64,000 bases of DNA. Origin: an uncultured delta proteobacterium. Lineage in GTDB: Bacteria; Desulfobacterota; Binatia; UBA9968. A program made the position numbers and the translations under genes. Each line of letters starts with the position of its first letter. Positions within the stretch are counted from its first letter, which is position 1. Of the stretch, positions 41,839-52,254 are shown piece after piece. Location of the stretch: assembly GCA_963745835.1 (NCBI GenBank), contig CAVUZH010000015.1, positions 160,001 to 224,000 on the forward strand, read 5' to 3'. Below the pieces are notes generated by a model. The model was given only the letters and a program-made list of their open reading frames with translations. It was not told the DNA's origin and did not search any database.

Positions 41839-43806
41839 TCAGCTGCCGACGGAAGCCTTCGCTGCCGCGGCGATTTTCGATTCCTGTTGGCGCGAGCGCG
41901 CGAGCCATTCGATCGCAACCATAATCACGGCGAGCAACATACCTCCTGCATTGATCGCCCAAGTTAGGCTTGTGTAAGTTCCGGTCTCGACGACGGGAAT
42001 AAGTAAACCGGCCGCGGCAACCAGGAAAAGAAACCGTTTAAGAACGCCGATCGGACGAAACAAATAACCCACCAAGCCGATTCCCAAGAGCACTGCGCCG
42101 ACGATAGCCGTGGCAATAGAGATCGCAACTGCATGCCACGACCCGATCAACAACAACGCAGGCGAGAAGACAAACAAAAACGGCACTACGTAGGCGATGG
42201 CGCAGAGGCGCATCGCTTCCCACCCGGTTCTAATCGGATCGGTTTTGCCAATGGATGCAGCCGCATAACTCGCCAGACACACCGGCGGCGTGACCATGCT
42301 CAGCATGCCAAAATAGAAAATGAACAGATGAGCGGCGATGGGCAAAATGCCCAATTTAGAAAGCCCCGGAGCGACCAGCACCGCCAGCAACACGTAGACC
42401 GCTGTGGTCGGCATGCCCATCCCCAGTATGATACTGACGATCGCGGTCAGGACTAGCAGCAGGATAGCGCTGTTCTGTCCGACGTTCAGCAAAGTCAATG
42501 TCAGGGTAAACCCAAGACCGGTGAGCTGAAGCACCCCGATCACGACGCCGGCGAGACCGGTGATGGCGGCGATCTCGAGCATGCCGCGCCCGGTATTGAT
42601 CAGAATGTTCAGCAGCTCGCGCGGACCGAGCTTTACACCGTGAGTGAGAAAGCCGACTGCGAGCGCGGATGCGACCGCCAAGAGCCCTGCCTCTTCGGGC
42701 CGGCGGTTTAAGAAGAACATCCAGATGATTAGAACTGTCAGCGGCACGACGAAGCCGGCCGAGCGCCTCAGCACCGGCAACAATCGCGGTAATTCGGCCG
42801 GCGGCATACCGTGAATGCCGTTGCGCGCCGCGAGCAGATCAACCTGGATGAACAGCACGATGTAATAAAGCAAAGCCGGCACTAAAGCCGCCAGCGCCAC
42901 CTGCGCGTATGGAATCGCCAGATACTCGGCGATCAGGAATGCCGCGGCCCCCATGACAGGCGGCATGATCTGCCCGCCAGTGGAAGCAACCGCCTCGATT
43001 GCTGCGGCAACCGGCGCCGGGTACCCGGCTTTTTTCATCATCGGAATGGTAAACGCGCCGTCAACCACGACGTTGGCGACCGCGCTGCCGCTGATGTTGC
43101 CGAACAAACTCGAGGAAACAATGGCGATCTTTGCCTGGCCGCCGCGAAAGCGACCCATCACGGCCAAAGCAAAATCGCTGAGGAAGGCGGCACCGCCGAT
43201 GGCATAAAGCGTTTCGCCGAACAGCACGAACACCAGCACGATACTGGCACCGATCTGCAGGGGCTGGCCGATAATGCCGTTGGCATCGAGATACAAATAG
43301 GTTGCGAGCCGGCCGATGGACCAGCCGCGACCGTAGAAATCGCCCGGAAACAGATAAGCGAAGAACGCATAGAAAATAAAAACACTGGCAATGATGACGA
43401 GAGGCCAGCCCACCAGGCGCCGGCACGCCTCGGCAAGCAGAATCACGGTGATTGCGCCCAAAATCACCCGCTCGGTATAAATGTCGCCTAAAGAGTTGGA
43501 GATTTCCGGAAACTTAACGAAGACGTACAAGCCGACGATCAATCCGAGCGCCGCTGCCAGCGCGTCGTACCATGGAATGCGCTGAACGTGTCGTCTCGAA
43601 CCGGGAATCAGAAGAAAAATCGCGCCAAGACTCAAAGCGAGAAAGAGCCCGATGTACTGCTCATGAAAGACCTGCCAATCGAAGCGCTGCGGCACATCGA
43701 GCAAGAAGAACATCCCTGAGAGGGGGATCGCGATCAGAAGAGCCTGGGTCGCCCGACCGGCAAGCCCGCTCAACTCTCGCGAGCGAACATTTTCCTCAAT
43801 TTCCAA
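41839..43806 (-). CDS. TRAP transporter fused permease (TAXI-type 4TM/12TM)
   Basis: GSAVANV, TIPMMKKAGY, EAVASTGGQIMPPVMGAAAF, LGMGMPT and TPPVCLA motifs. Confidence 0.95.
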   Translation of the reverse strand: MEIEENVRSRELSGLAGRATQALLIAIPLSGMFFLLDVPQRFDWQVFHEQYIGLFLALSLGAIFLLIPGSRRHVQRIPWYDALAAALGLIVGLYVFVKFPEISNSLGDIYTERVILGAITVILLAEACRRLVGWPLVIIASVFIFYAFFAYLFPGDFYGRGWSIGRLATYLYLDANGIIGQPLQIGASIVLVFVLFGETLYAIGGAAFLSDFALAVMGRFRGGQAKIAIVSSSLFGNISGSAVANVVVDGAFTIPMMKKAGYPAPVAAAIEAVASTGGQIMPPVMGAAAFLIAEYLAIPYAQVALAALVPALLYYIVLFIQVDLLAARNGIHGMPPAELPRLLPVLRRSAGFVVPLTVLIIWMFFLNRRPEEAGLLAVASALAVGFLTHGVKLGPRELLNILINTGRGMLEIAAITGLAGVVIGVLQLTGLGFTLTLTLLNVGQNSAILLLVLTAIVSIILGMGMPTTAVYVLLAVLVAPGLSKLGILPIAAHLFIFYFGMLSMVTPPVCLASYAAASIGKTDPIRTGWEAMRLCAIAYVVPFLFVFSPALLLIGSWHAVAISIATAIVGAVLLGIGLVGYLFRPIGVLKRFLFLVAAAGLLIPVVETGTYTSLTWAINAGGMLLAVIMVAIEWLARSRQQESKIAAAAKASVGS

Positions 43807-43906
43807 CGAATTATTCCCCTCGCTTATGGTCTGTCACAACACCAACGCAAACTTTGGTTGAATACGTCTTGATCGGAGCGCCGCCCGCCTCATGGACTCG
43901 ACAAAT

Positions 43907-44956
43907 TTAGCTGCAGATCTCTTTTGCACGCGCCTCCTGTTTGGCCGACCAAACGCCCGCCTCTTGGTAGAATTTTACCGCTCCGGAATGATACGGCACG
44001 GTGTAATTCGTAAGCGCCTGATGCTCCTTCTTCCATTTCTTAAATAAAGGATGAATCGTTTCCAGCTCTGGCAAATTGTCCCACCAGGCCTTGAGCATCA
44101 CCGAGATCGTCCGGTCATTGACCTGAGCCGAACTGACTAATTGAAGCGGATAGCCGATGACGTGCGTATCTCCCTTGATGCCGGTCGCTGGTTCAGACTT
44201 GACGACGGAAGCACCGTATTTGGCCAGGATTTTGTTGCCTCTTTCGACATCGCCCAGGCCGAGAAACCGTATCGGCTCCATGGCGTTTGCTTCCTCGATG
44301 ACACCGATGCCGACGGCAGTAAACGAGGCATCTACTTTTCCTTCGGGCACAGCACGAATGCCGTCGTTCAAATTCGACACCTTCACCTGAACGATGTCGG
44401 ACGGCCTTAGTCCGCCTGCTTCCATAACCGCCAGCTGCCACGTCTGATTGATAGCATGCCCGCCGTAGTCCCACGCCATCCGCTTTCCTTTGAGATCGCT
44501 GATCTGCTTGATGTCTGATTTATCGCGCACGATAAGGCCCGCGGTAAACGGAAAAACACCGCCGGCAACGACCCGGATCGTCGGATAAGGTTTTTTATAG
44601 TTGCCGGTGCCGGTGGCTGCCATATGCGAGTCGAGAATGTTGATGATGCCGAATTCCACCTCGCCACTCTCCAACAGCGGCATCCATGCGTTGGGACCGT
44701 TATAGGGCTGAACTCTTGCCGATACCTGAGTGACTTTACTAGCCACTGCGGCAAGCCCGGAGGCGAGCGCATGGGCTCCGGTTCCCGCCGGATTTGCCGC
44801 TATTGCCACCGTGCGCGGTAAATCGTTGCTTTTGTTGGCTGTCGGACCGCACGCGAGCTTGGCCTCGACAATCCCGATCAATTGCGCTTGCGGAAACGAC
44901 AGCAGTGCCACCGTCGTAAACGCCAGCAACCGTTTGAATAGAAATTTTACTTTCAT
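43907..44956 (-). CDS. TAXI-family TRAP substrate-binding protein
   Basis: Signal peptide; DLKGKR; PYHSGAVKFYQEAG; adjacent to the fused permease. Confidence 0.92.
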   Translation of the reverse strand: MKVKFLFKRLLAFTTVALLSFPQAQLIGIVEAKLACGPTANKSNDLPRTVAIAANPAGTGAHALASGLAAVASKVTQVSARVQPYNGPNAWMPLLESGEVEFGIINILDSHMAATGTGNYKKPYPTIRVVAGGVFPFTAGLIVRDKSDIKQISDLKGKRMAWDYGGHAINQTWQLAVMEAGGLRPSDIVQVKVSNLNDGIRAVPEGKVDASFTAVGIGVIEEANAMEPIRFLGLGDVERGNKILAKYGASVVKSEPATGIKGDTHVIGYPLQLVSSAQVNDRTISVMLKAWWDNLPELETIHPLFKKWKKEHQALTNYTVPYHSGAVKFYQEAGVWSAKQEARAKEICS

Positions 44957-44986
44957 GTCCCCTTCTCTTGTGAACTGTAGATTCAA

Positions 44987-46030
44987 TCAACTGCAAATTT
45001 CCTTGGCGCGAAGGTCATGCTTTTCCGTCCAGACACCCGCCTCTTTGTAGAACTTAACCGCGCCCGAATGATACGGGATCGTGAAATTGGTGATTGCCTG
45101 GACGTCTTTGGTCCACTTCTTAAACTGCGGGTGAATTGTCTGCAGTTCAGCGAGATTGTCCCACCAGGCTTTAAGAACCGTCGATACGGTTCTATCGTTT
45201 ACCTTGGTCGAGCTGGCAAGATGAAGCGGATAACCGATCACGTGGGTGTCGCCGCGAATGCCGGCGGTCGGATCCTGCTTCACAATCGATCCGCCATATT
45301 TTGACAGGATTTTATTGGATGCGTCGGTATTGGGAAGGCTGAGGAATCGGATCGGCTCCATCGCGTTTACTTCCTCGTTGATGCCGATGCCGATGGCAGC
45401 AAAAGTCGCGTCGACTCTGCCCTCGGGAACGGCTCGAATAGCGTCGTTGAGATTTGAAAAGCGAACCTGGACAACATCGCTGGGCTTTAAGCCGCTGACT
45501 TCCATGGCGGCGTTTTGCCAGCTCTGGGTGATTGCATGGCCGCCGAAATCCCATGCCATTCGTTTCCCCTTTAGATCGCCAGGTTGTTTGATCTCGGACT
45601 TGTCACGCACCATGATACTACCGGTAAACGGAAACACACCGCCAGAGACCACGCGAAGCATCGGATAAGGCTTCTTGTAGTTGCCCGTTCCGGTCACCGC
45701 CATGTGCGAATCGAGGATGTTGATGATACCAAACTCGACCTCGCCATTTTCCATCAGCGGCATCCAAGCGTTCGGGCCGTTATAGGGTTGAACTTTGGCA
45801 GCAATTGGTGTCGCCCTGCTGGCCACCGCCGACAATCCCGAAGCTAAGGCATGGGCGCCGGTTCCCGCCAGATTGGAGGCAATGGCAATCGTCCGCGGCA
45901 GATCGTTACTGGTATTGGCAGTCGGGCCGCACTGGAGCTTGGCAGCCGCGCTTGCGCCGGTTTGCCATTGCGGCAGCACAACAAAACTACTCGCCAACAG
46001 GATTCGCAAACCGATGGTTATAAATTTCAT
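44987..46030 (-). CDS. TAXI-family TRAP substrate-binding protein, paralog
   Basis: GGAGG RBS before ATG 46030; colinear with and highly similar to the downstream copy. Confidence 0.92.
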   Translation of the reverse strand: MKFITIGLRILLASSFVVLPQWQTGASAAAKLQCGPTANTSNDLPRTIAIASNLAGTGAHALASGLSAVASRATPIAAKVQPYNGPNAWMPLMENGEVEFGIINILDSHMAVTGTGNYKKPYPMLRVVSGGVFPFTGSIMVRDKSEIKQPGDLKGKRMAWDFGGHAITQSWQNAAMEVSGLKPSDVVQVRFSNLNDAIRAVPEGRVDATFAAIGIGINEEVNAMEPIRFLSLPNTDASNKILSKYGGSIVKQDPTAGIRGDTHVIGYPLHLASSTKVNDRTVSTVLKAWWDNLAELQTIHPQFKKWTKDVQAITNFTIPYHSGAVKFYKEAGVWTEKHDLRAKEICS

Positions 46031-46058
46031 CGTCGGTCCTCCCTTTTGCAGCAAATAT

Positions 46059-47123
46059 TTAGCTCGAGAGGCGGTAGAAGCGCTTGGCGTTCTCGGCGAG
46101 GATTTTTCGCTTTGCCGAATCCGAGATATCGGTGCGAGCTTCGATGCCAGGTATGTCCTCGAGATACTGCGACCGTTGACGCTCGTGGGGATAGTCGGAG
46201 GCGAAAAAGATGTGATCCTCGCCAAACAGCTCCAGTACATACGGCAAGGTGCGCTCCTCGGATTCCAAAGAAACGTAGACCGAACCGCCTGCGATATATT
46301 CGCTGGGCGCGCGCTTCAGTCTCGGCGCCCACTTTTTACCGCGTCTTTCAAAGTCCTCATCGAGCCGGTCCATCATAAATGGAATCCAGCCGCAGCCTGC
46401 CTCGAGATAAGCGACCCGGAGATCCGGGTAAAGCTCGAACACACCCTGAAAAATCATATTGGTAAGCTGGATCATCAGCGGCAGCGGATGCTCCAAGGCA
46501 TGAACTTCGGCGAAGGTCTCGAAAAAATCAAAGCCCAAACCACGGCTTGGCGCGCCGTGAACCGCCAACGGCATGTCGAGGCGGCACGCTTCTTCGTAAA
46601 TCGGAAAGAAACTCTCGTGACCGTAGCCTTTGCGCAGGTTGGTGACCGACGGCAGCATCGCCGCCGGCATGCCCAGTTCTTCTTTGACGCGGCGCAGCTC
46701 CTTGACGGCGGCGGGAACATCGTGGATCGGGATCAGCGCCGCGCCGAGGATCCGGGAAGTTCGCTTTGTATAACTCGCGTGCAGCCAAGAATTGTAAGCG
46801 CGGGCGATGTCCACCGCCCAGGCGGGATCCTGAATCAAACCGAAGGCGAGAGCGGCCGTCGGATAGACGATGGTCGTTTGTATGCCGCATTCATCGAGAA
46901 ACGAGATCCAGGTATCGCAGTCTGGATAATCGCGCAGCCCCGGCGAGCTCATGCCCGACAGCCGCGCCCAACCATCCAGGGACGGAAAAGGCGAGAACGT
47001 GTCAGCCCAGCTCTGGTCCTTGCTGGTGCCCCGGTAGTTGCCGCCGAGAAATTCCAAAATTTCCTTGCTCCGTTCCGTGACATGACCGTCGCCATCGATC
47101 ACAGGAAAGCGATTCTTTCTCAT
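46059..47123 (-). CDS. Amidohydrolase family protein (Amidohydro_2)
   Basis: IDGDGH, VHG, LEAGCGW and FASDYPH motifs. Confidence 0.92.
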   Translation of the reverse strand: MRKNRFPVIDGDGHVTERSKEILEFLGGNYRGTSKDQSWADTFSPFPSLDGWARLSGMSSPGLRDYPDCDTWISFLDECGIQTTIVYPTAALAFGLIQDPAWAVDIARAYNSWLHASYTKRTSRILGAALIPIHDVPAAVKELRRVKEELGMPAAMLPSVTNLRKGYGHESFFPIYEEACRLDMPLAVHGAPSRGLGFDFFETFAEVHALEHPLPLMIQLTNMIFQGVFELYPDLRVAYLEAGCGWIPFMMDRLDEDFERRGKKWAPRLKRAPSEYIAGGSVYVSLESEERTLPYVLELFGEDHIFFASDYPHERQRSQYLEDIPGIEARTDISDSAKRKILAENAKRFYRLSS

Positions 47124-47289
47124 TGCAACGTTACCGCCTTTCGGCATTCTGCGAATTAAAACTTCGATTACCAGCGTCGTAATGTGTATTGCTTGAGTGC
47201 TCCGGAGTTGTCAAGCTCCGGCTGGGAGCGTACATCATCGCCTGACCGCAGCGCTTCGATTGCCCTTTGCCGTGATCTCGCAAGCGAGA

Positions 47290-48516
47290 TCAATTGCCGC
47301 AAGCTCGCTGCGGCGGTTTGGCAAAAAACATGAACAGCGTTGCCATCAAACTGACGAGAGCGAAAACGCCGAATGCAATTGTGTAGCTTTTAGTCACATC
47401 ATAGAAAAATCCCGCGATGATAGGACCGAGAAAGGTGCCCGCAGTCACAACCGACCGGCTCATGCCTTGAATCGTCGCGAATGCTCGCGTGCCGAAATAG
47501 TCGGCGCGGATCGGTTCTTGTAAAGCGGCCAGCCCGCCGTACGCCAGCGAATAGATAATCATGCACGTGGTAAAAACAAACCCCCGGGCGGTATAGCCCA
47601 TCAACAGTACCGAGACACTCAGCGCCAGCAATAATCCCATTACCAAGCGGCGCTTATCGAGCAAATCTCCCAACCAGCCCATGCCGATCCGCGCCGGCGC
47701 GCCGATCAATGCGGAGACGCCGAGCAAGGTGCTGGCCGCTTCAGTGCTCCAGCCACGGTCCACCAGGAGAATAACAAAGTGAACCGAAACTCCTTCGGTC
47801 ACCAGATGACGCATGCCCATTGCGACAGAAAGCAACCAAAAAGATCGATGACGTAACGCTTGCTTAAGTGTGAACTGCGGATCGATCGAAGAATGCGGAG
47901 AGTCTTTCGAATTAGCCTCGGAGCTCTCCAGGCTGACGATGCCGGCTTCTTCTTGGGTATAAATTTTTCTGATAACGCAGGCGAGCGGAAATCCAATGGC
48001 GAGCAGAACACAACCGGATATCACCGCTGCGGTTCGCCATCCCCATAATCCGATCATCCATCCGACCAACGGAACCATCGGGCCCGAAATTCCGGGTCCC
48101 ATGCGGAAGATGCCGAAGGCCAGGCTTCTTCTCTCGCGAAAAACCTTGGCGATTAGAACGCTGATCGGCATGTTGTAACCAAGGCTGGAACCGAGAACGA
48201 TGCCGAGAACGATGACGGCGTAGAGCATCGGCAGCGAGTCCACCAAACTCAGCGCTAAAAAACCGCCGGCGCAGAGAAATAGCCCGATAAATATCATTCT
48301 CTGCGGTCCGACCCGGTCGGTGACATATCCTTCGATAGGTCCGAGAAGGCCGGACTCAATTCGCGCCAGAGAAAAAGCGCCGGAGATTGCCGTGCGGCTC
48401 CAACCGAACTCGCGCTCGAAGGAAGGAAAGTAGGCGCTCATGCCGAAATAACTCAGGCCGGTGTTCACCGCATGGGTGATGCAACCGACGATCACGAGCC
48501 ACCATTTTTTTTCCAT
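47290..48516 (-). CDS. MFS transporter
   Basis: FGWSRTAISGAFS, DRVGPQR and ADYFGTRAFATIQG segments. Confidence 0.9.
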   Translation of the reverse strand: MEKKWWLVIVGCITHAVNTGLSYFGMSAYFPSFEREFGWSRTAISGAFSLARIESGLLGPIEGYVTDRVGPQRMIFIGLFLCAGGFLALSLVDSLPMLYAVIVLGIVLGSSLGYNMPISVLIAKVFRERRSLAFGIFRMGPGISGPMVPLVGWMIGLWGWRTAAVISGCVLLAIGFPLACVIRKIYTQEEAGIVSLESSEANSKDSPHSSIDPQFTLKQALRHRSFWLLSVAMGMRHLVTEGVSVHFVILLVDRGWSTEAASTLLGVSALIGAPARIGMGWLGDLLDKRRLVMGLLLALSVSVLLMGYTARGFVFTTCMIIYSLAYGGLAALQEPIRADYFGTRAFATIQGMSRSVVTAGTFLGPIIAGFFYDVTKSYTIAFGVFALVSLMATLFMFFAKPPQRACGN

Positions 48517-49116
48517 CCCGATCGACCTCCGAGCTAATTGTGCCGAGCGAAGTTGCCAAAACGTTCGCACGATAACTGAAATCGGCAGGGTTAGAAAGTA
48601 AAGTGGAACGGATCAGCGCACGTAACCGATCCTCGGCTAGCGTTTTCGAATACTCAGATGATCTTTCGAGAAAACGTGCGATTGGGGAGCAGCCATTCTC
48701 GGACAAGCACTGATATTTGAACGGATCTTCTGAACGGATCGACGGCGTGGCGTCTCGCTGGAAATTGCTACTTTCGTGCGCAGAAGTTGCGGGCACAGGG
48801 TATTCATTATACCTTCGTTTTGTGTTGCTGTACCGGACACAAACCTTAAACAAACTGCCGCGTCTAACGGGCCATTCAAGCTGATCAGCACGCTCAATCC
48901 GCGATAAAATTGCTGTTCGACGCTGTGCCTGACAGCTCTGTGCCGGTTCTTCAGGCGCCGGCAAATCATCGATCCGGAAAGGGGGCAGGCGCAAGACATC
49001 AATCGAGCCCCAATTCACGGCCGGTGGTTTGCCGTGTGATCAAGACTGTCGGATTGGCAAAATCCACCGGCGACAGTTTCGGCCTGCGGACTTAAGGCGA
49101 GTCCGCGACATTCAAT

Positions 49117-49272
49117 CTAGCAGGTTATGAAAAATGCGGATTTGCAGGCTGCTCAAAAGAGTTAGAGCCGAGGCGCGCGAAAATCGGCGAGCCGAGACGT
49201 ACTTAGCGAGTACGTTGTAGCGAGACGATCGAGCGCAACGAAGGATATGAGTCTTTTTCAGCAGCCTGCTAG
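49117..49272. repeat. MITE/REP-like element, copy 1, CTAG-bounded
   Basis: GCAGGCTGCTCAAAA ... TTTTTCAGCAGCCTGC terminal inverted repeats; extra left end CTAGCAGGTTATGAAAAA. Confidence 0.8.
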
Positions 49273-49283
49273 GAGAAGAGATA

Positions 49284-51002
49284 GTGCCTCATAGCGTTAC
49301 CTTAATCAGCACCATCGCTGCCGGCTTGGGACTTGCGTTGATCATGGGCTTTATCGCAGCGCGCTTAAAACTACCGGTTCTGGTGGGTTATCTCATTGCC
49401 GGCATCATCATCGGTCCCGCAACTCCGGGCTTCGTTGCCGACATCGAACTATCAAGTCAGCTTGCTGAGATCGGCGTGATGCTGTTGATGTTCGGAGTCG
49501 GGCTGCACTTTTCACTGGAAGACTTGTTGGCGGTGCGGCGAATCGCGTTACCCGGCGCCGTCGCTCAAATCGCCGTTGCCACGGCGCTCGGAATATTTGT
49601 GACCAGCCTCTGGGGTTGGAGTCTTGCCGCCGGAATTGTATTCGGTCTTGCACTCTCGGTAGCTAGCACGGTCGTCCTCCTCAAAGCGCTGGAGAGCCGC
49701 GGCGTGCTTGATTCCGTCAACGGCCGCATTGCCATCGGCTGGTTGCTTGTCGAAGACCTTGTCATGGTACTCGTTTTGGTGCTGCTTCCAGCCTTGGCGC
49801 TGTGGCTCGGAAGCACAACGAATGCTGCGACTCCATCTGTGGGAGACCGAAGCCTATGGCAAACCCTTGCAGTGACGATTGGCCAGGTATCGGGGTTTGT
49901 GGTGCTAATGCTGGTAGTGGGCCGACGCCTCTTTCCCTGGTTGCTTTGGCAGGTTGCCCGAACCGGCTCTCGCGAGCTTTTTACTCTGTGCATCGTCGCC
50001 GCCGCCGTCGGCATTGCTTATGGTTCCGCCGCACTCTTCGGCGTCTCATTCGCGCTCGGGGCGTTTTTTGCCGGGATGGTCATGAGAGAGTCGCCACTGA
50101 GTTATCGGGCGGCTGAAGAGTCCATGCCTCTGAGGGACGCGTTTTCCGTTCTGTTCTTCGTATCCGTCGGCATGCTGTTCGAGCCAGAGGTGTTGATTCG
50201 CGAACCACTCCACGTCGTGATGGTTCTGGCAATCATCATCTTCGGCAAATCGATGGCGGCTTTCGTTATCGTGCTTCTGTTCCGATACCCGCTCAACACG
50301 GCGCTTACCGTATCGGCAAGCCTCGCGCAAATCGGCGAGTTCTCATTCATCCTGGCTAATTTTGGGGTTTCGCTGGGACTACTGCCGCCGGAAGGCCAGA
50401 GTCTGATCCTGTCAGGCGCGATCATCTCGATTGCTCTCAATCCTGTGTTGTTTGGAGCAATCGAACCGGCGCAAGCGTGGATCCGCTCGCGCTCAAAACT
50501 CGCTCAAGCTTTGGAGCGCCCGGATGACCCGCTGGCGGCGTTGCCGATGACCACCGATTTAAAGCGCCTGACTGGACATGTTGTCATTGTCGGCTACGGC
50601 CGAGTTGGCCGGCGCATCGGCGAGGCGATGATCGCGCATGGCATAGCGATTGTCGTCGCCGAGCAGAACCGCGAAATCGTCGAGCGCCTGCGCTCGAGCG
50701 GTATAGCGGCGGTATCCGGCGATGCCTCTGACCCCGCGGTGCTCCTCCAGGCTCATGTTCACCGAGCATCTATCTTGGTGATCGCCACGCCCGATACCCT
50801 CAATGTTCGAAAAATGATCGAGGTCGCCCGCACGGTCAACCCGCGCATCCAAACCGTGGTGCGCACGCACAGCGAAGAGGAGGCCGTGCTCCTGGAACAA
50901 GAACAGGCCGGCAAAGTTTTTCTTGGCGAGCACGAACTCGCAACCGGCATGATTCAACATGTGCTCGAATGCCATGCGGGGAAAGTCGAGCGCAACAAAT
51001 AA
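49284..51002 (+). CDS. ybaL: CPA2 cation:proton antiporter with TrkA-N domain (YbaL/RosB-like)
   Basis: MPH start; LAEIGVMLLMFGVGLHFS, LAQIGEFSFIL and IVGYGRVG motifs. Confidence 0.9.
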   Translation: MPHSVTLISTIAAGLGLALIMGFIAARLKLPVLVGYLIAGIIIGPATPGFVADIELSSQLAEIGVMLLMFGVGLHFSLEDLLAVRRIALPGAVAQIAVATALGIFVTSLWGWSLAAGIVFGLALSVASTVVLLKALESRGVLDSVNGRIAIGWLLVEDLVMVLVLVLLPALALWLGSTTNAATPSVGDRSLWQTLAVTIGQVSGFVVLMLVVGRRLFPWLLWQVARTGSRELFTLCIVAAAVGIAYGSAALFGVSFALGAFFAGMVMRESPLSYRAAEESMPLRDAFSVLFFVSVGMLFEPEVLIREPLHVVMVLAIIIFGKSMAAFVIVLLFRYPLNTALTVSASLAQIGEFSFILANFGVSLGLLPPEGQSLILSGAIISIALNPVLFGAIEPAQAWIRSRSKLAQALERPDDPLAALPMTTDLKRLTGHVVIVGYGRVGRRIGEAMIAHGIAIVVAEQNREIVERLRSSGIAAVSGDASDPAVLLQAHVHRASILVIATPDTLNVRKMIEVARTVNPRIQTVVRTHSEEEAVLLEQEQAGKVFLGEHELATGMIQHVLECHAGKVERNK

Positions 51003-51006
51003 ACCT

Positions 51007-51450
51007 CTAACGGATTCTTGAGTGGGGGCGAAAGCCGCTGTTTAGATGACCGCGCTGTTGCGGTCGACGACTGGGAAACCGATCAAATGGAGACGCGTTC
51101 GTGACTGCGACCTGAACCAGGTCCGGCTCCGAATCACGCAGCGCAGCGGCTGTGATAATCGCCTGAGCCAATCGATCGTTGCTTTCCGCCAGCTTCCGGT
51201 TTGACTCCGCCAGCTCTTCATCCTTGAGTCGCTGCCAAAACGCATGCTCGCGCTCGCGCGCTGCGCGCACCTCTTCATCGGTGACATCTTGCAATTCCTG
51301 GCGCTTGATCACCGCTGCCCCAGGCGTTGGAGTTATATTAGACAGGACGATCTTTCCGGCAGGATCCCGGTAAATAAAGTACTCGGCGCCTTGCGCCAGC
51401 GAAGCACCAAAGGCCAACGCGCAACTCATGGCAAGCAAAGTTCTTGTCAT
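51007..51450 (-). CDS. Exported DUF4124-like protein
   Basis: Signal peptide then YFIYRDPAGKIVLSN.TP and a coiled coil; AAGGAGGA RBS. Confidence 0.7.
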   Translation of the reverse strand: MTRTLLAMSCALAFGASLAQGAEYFIYRDPAGKIVLSNITPTPGAAVIKRQELQDVTDEEVRAAREREHAFWQRLKDEELAESNRKLAESNDRLAQAIITAAALRDSEPDLVQVAVTNASPFDRFPSRRPQQRGHLNSGFRPHSRIR

Positions 51451-51623
51451 CGTGATGTCCTCCTTCTAATCCTTATCGAAATATGCCTAACGAACCCTTT
51501 AGCCCCGGTCAATCCTCGATCCGGATAGCCTCATCCCTGTCACAGAGCCATTGGAAATAGCAAGCTATCGAGTTAAGAAGAAGCTGCCGCTCCACGTCAG
51601 ACGGAGCGAAGGGAAAGCGAACG

Positions 51624-52079
51624 ATGGGCGAGAGCTTTGGTAGAATTTCGATTGGTGGCTTTCTGCTGCTGATGTTTCTGGTTGGTTGTAGTACCAGAGG
51701 AGCGGGCAGCTTACCTGCTGACTCCTCCTCGTTGGTTGGCCGATGGCGCCAAACATCGATTGCCACCGGCAATCAGTCGGTCGAATGTCCTGCCACTATG
51801 CCGTTGCCCGGCGGCTTGACCACCTCGTGTAGCGGCAACGATGTGATCGAATTCAATCCGAATGGCACGTTCACCGCCACATTCGCCGGCAGCACCGTAA
51901 AAGGTTCCGGGACCTGGCGGCTCACTGGAAATAATCTGTCGTTAACTTTCACTGCGCCGTCAAATGTTGCCGGCAGAAACCAGTCGGCAACAATTCGATT
52001 CGGCGAAGGCGCCAAGACCATAAGCATAAATTCCAGGTTGGGTGAAACGCCTACGACCGAAACATACACACGGCAATAA
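51624..52079 (+). CDS. Lipoprotein, lipocalin-like beta-barrel
   Basis: Lipobox LVGC; LVGRW, FNPNGTF and GTWRLTGNNLSL segments. Confidence 0.75.
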   Translation: MGESFGRISIGGFLLLMFLVGCSTRGAGSLPADSSSLVGRWRQTSIATGNQSVECPATMPLPGGLTTSCSGNDVIEFNPNGTFTATFAGSTVKGSGTWRLTGNNLSLTFTAPSNVAGRNQSATIRFGEGAKTISINSRLGETPTTETYTRQ

Positions 52080-52254
52080 TCAGCGGTGCTCTGTGCGGTA
52101 ACTCTCAGCTAATTACTGCGAGATTAAGGGAACAAAGGTCGACGAGAGCGGCAAAACCTAAAGTCTCCTCCTGGTCCTCGACTCGATGGCTTTGAGCCGC
52201 AGTCGAACAGATCGCTTAGTCCTATCAGTACTGATGAATTAACGACTTAGCCGC

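Noticed and set aside
46031-46240. 70-aa N-terminal extension of the TAXI SBP in the ORF track
   Set aside because: Overlaps the amidohydrolase gene; RBS and signal peptide point to ATG 46030
45795-47159. 454-aa plus-strand ORF, and similar long ORFs at 6856-7893, 9824-10909 and 447-1112
   Set aside because: Antisense shadows of well-supported genes in GC-rich DNA; no motifs or RBS
48356-49018. 220-aa minus-strand ORF
   Set aside because: Overlaps the MFS gene out of frame and has no recognisable domain
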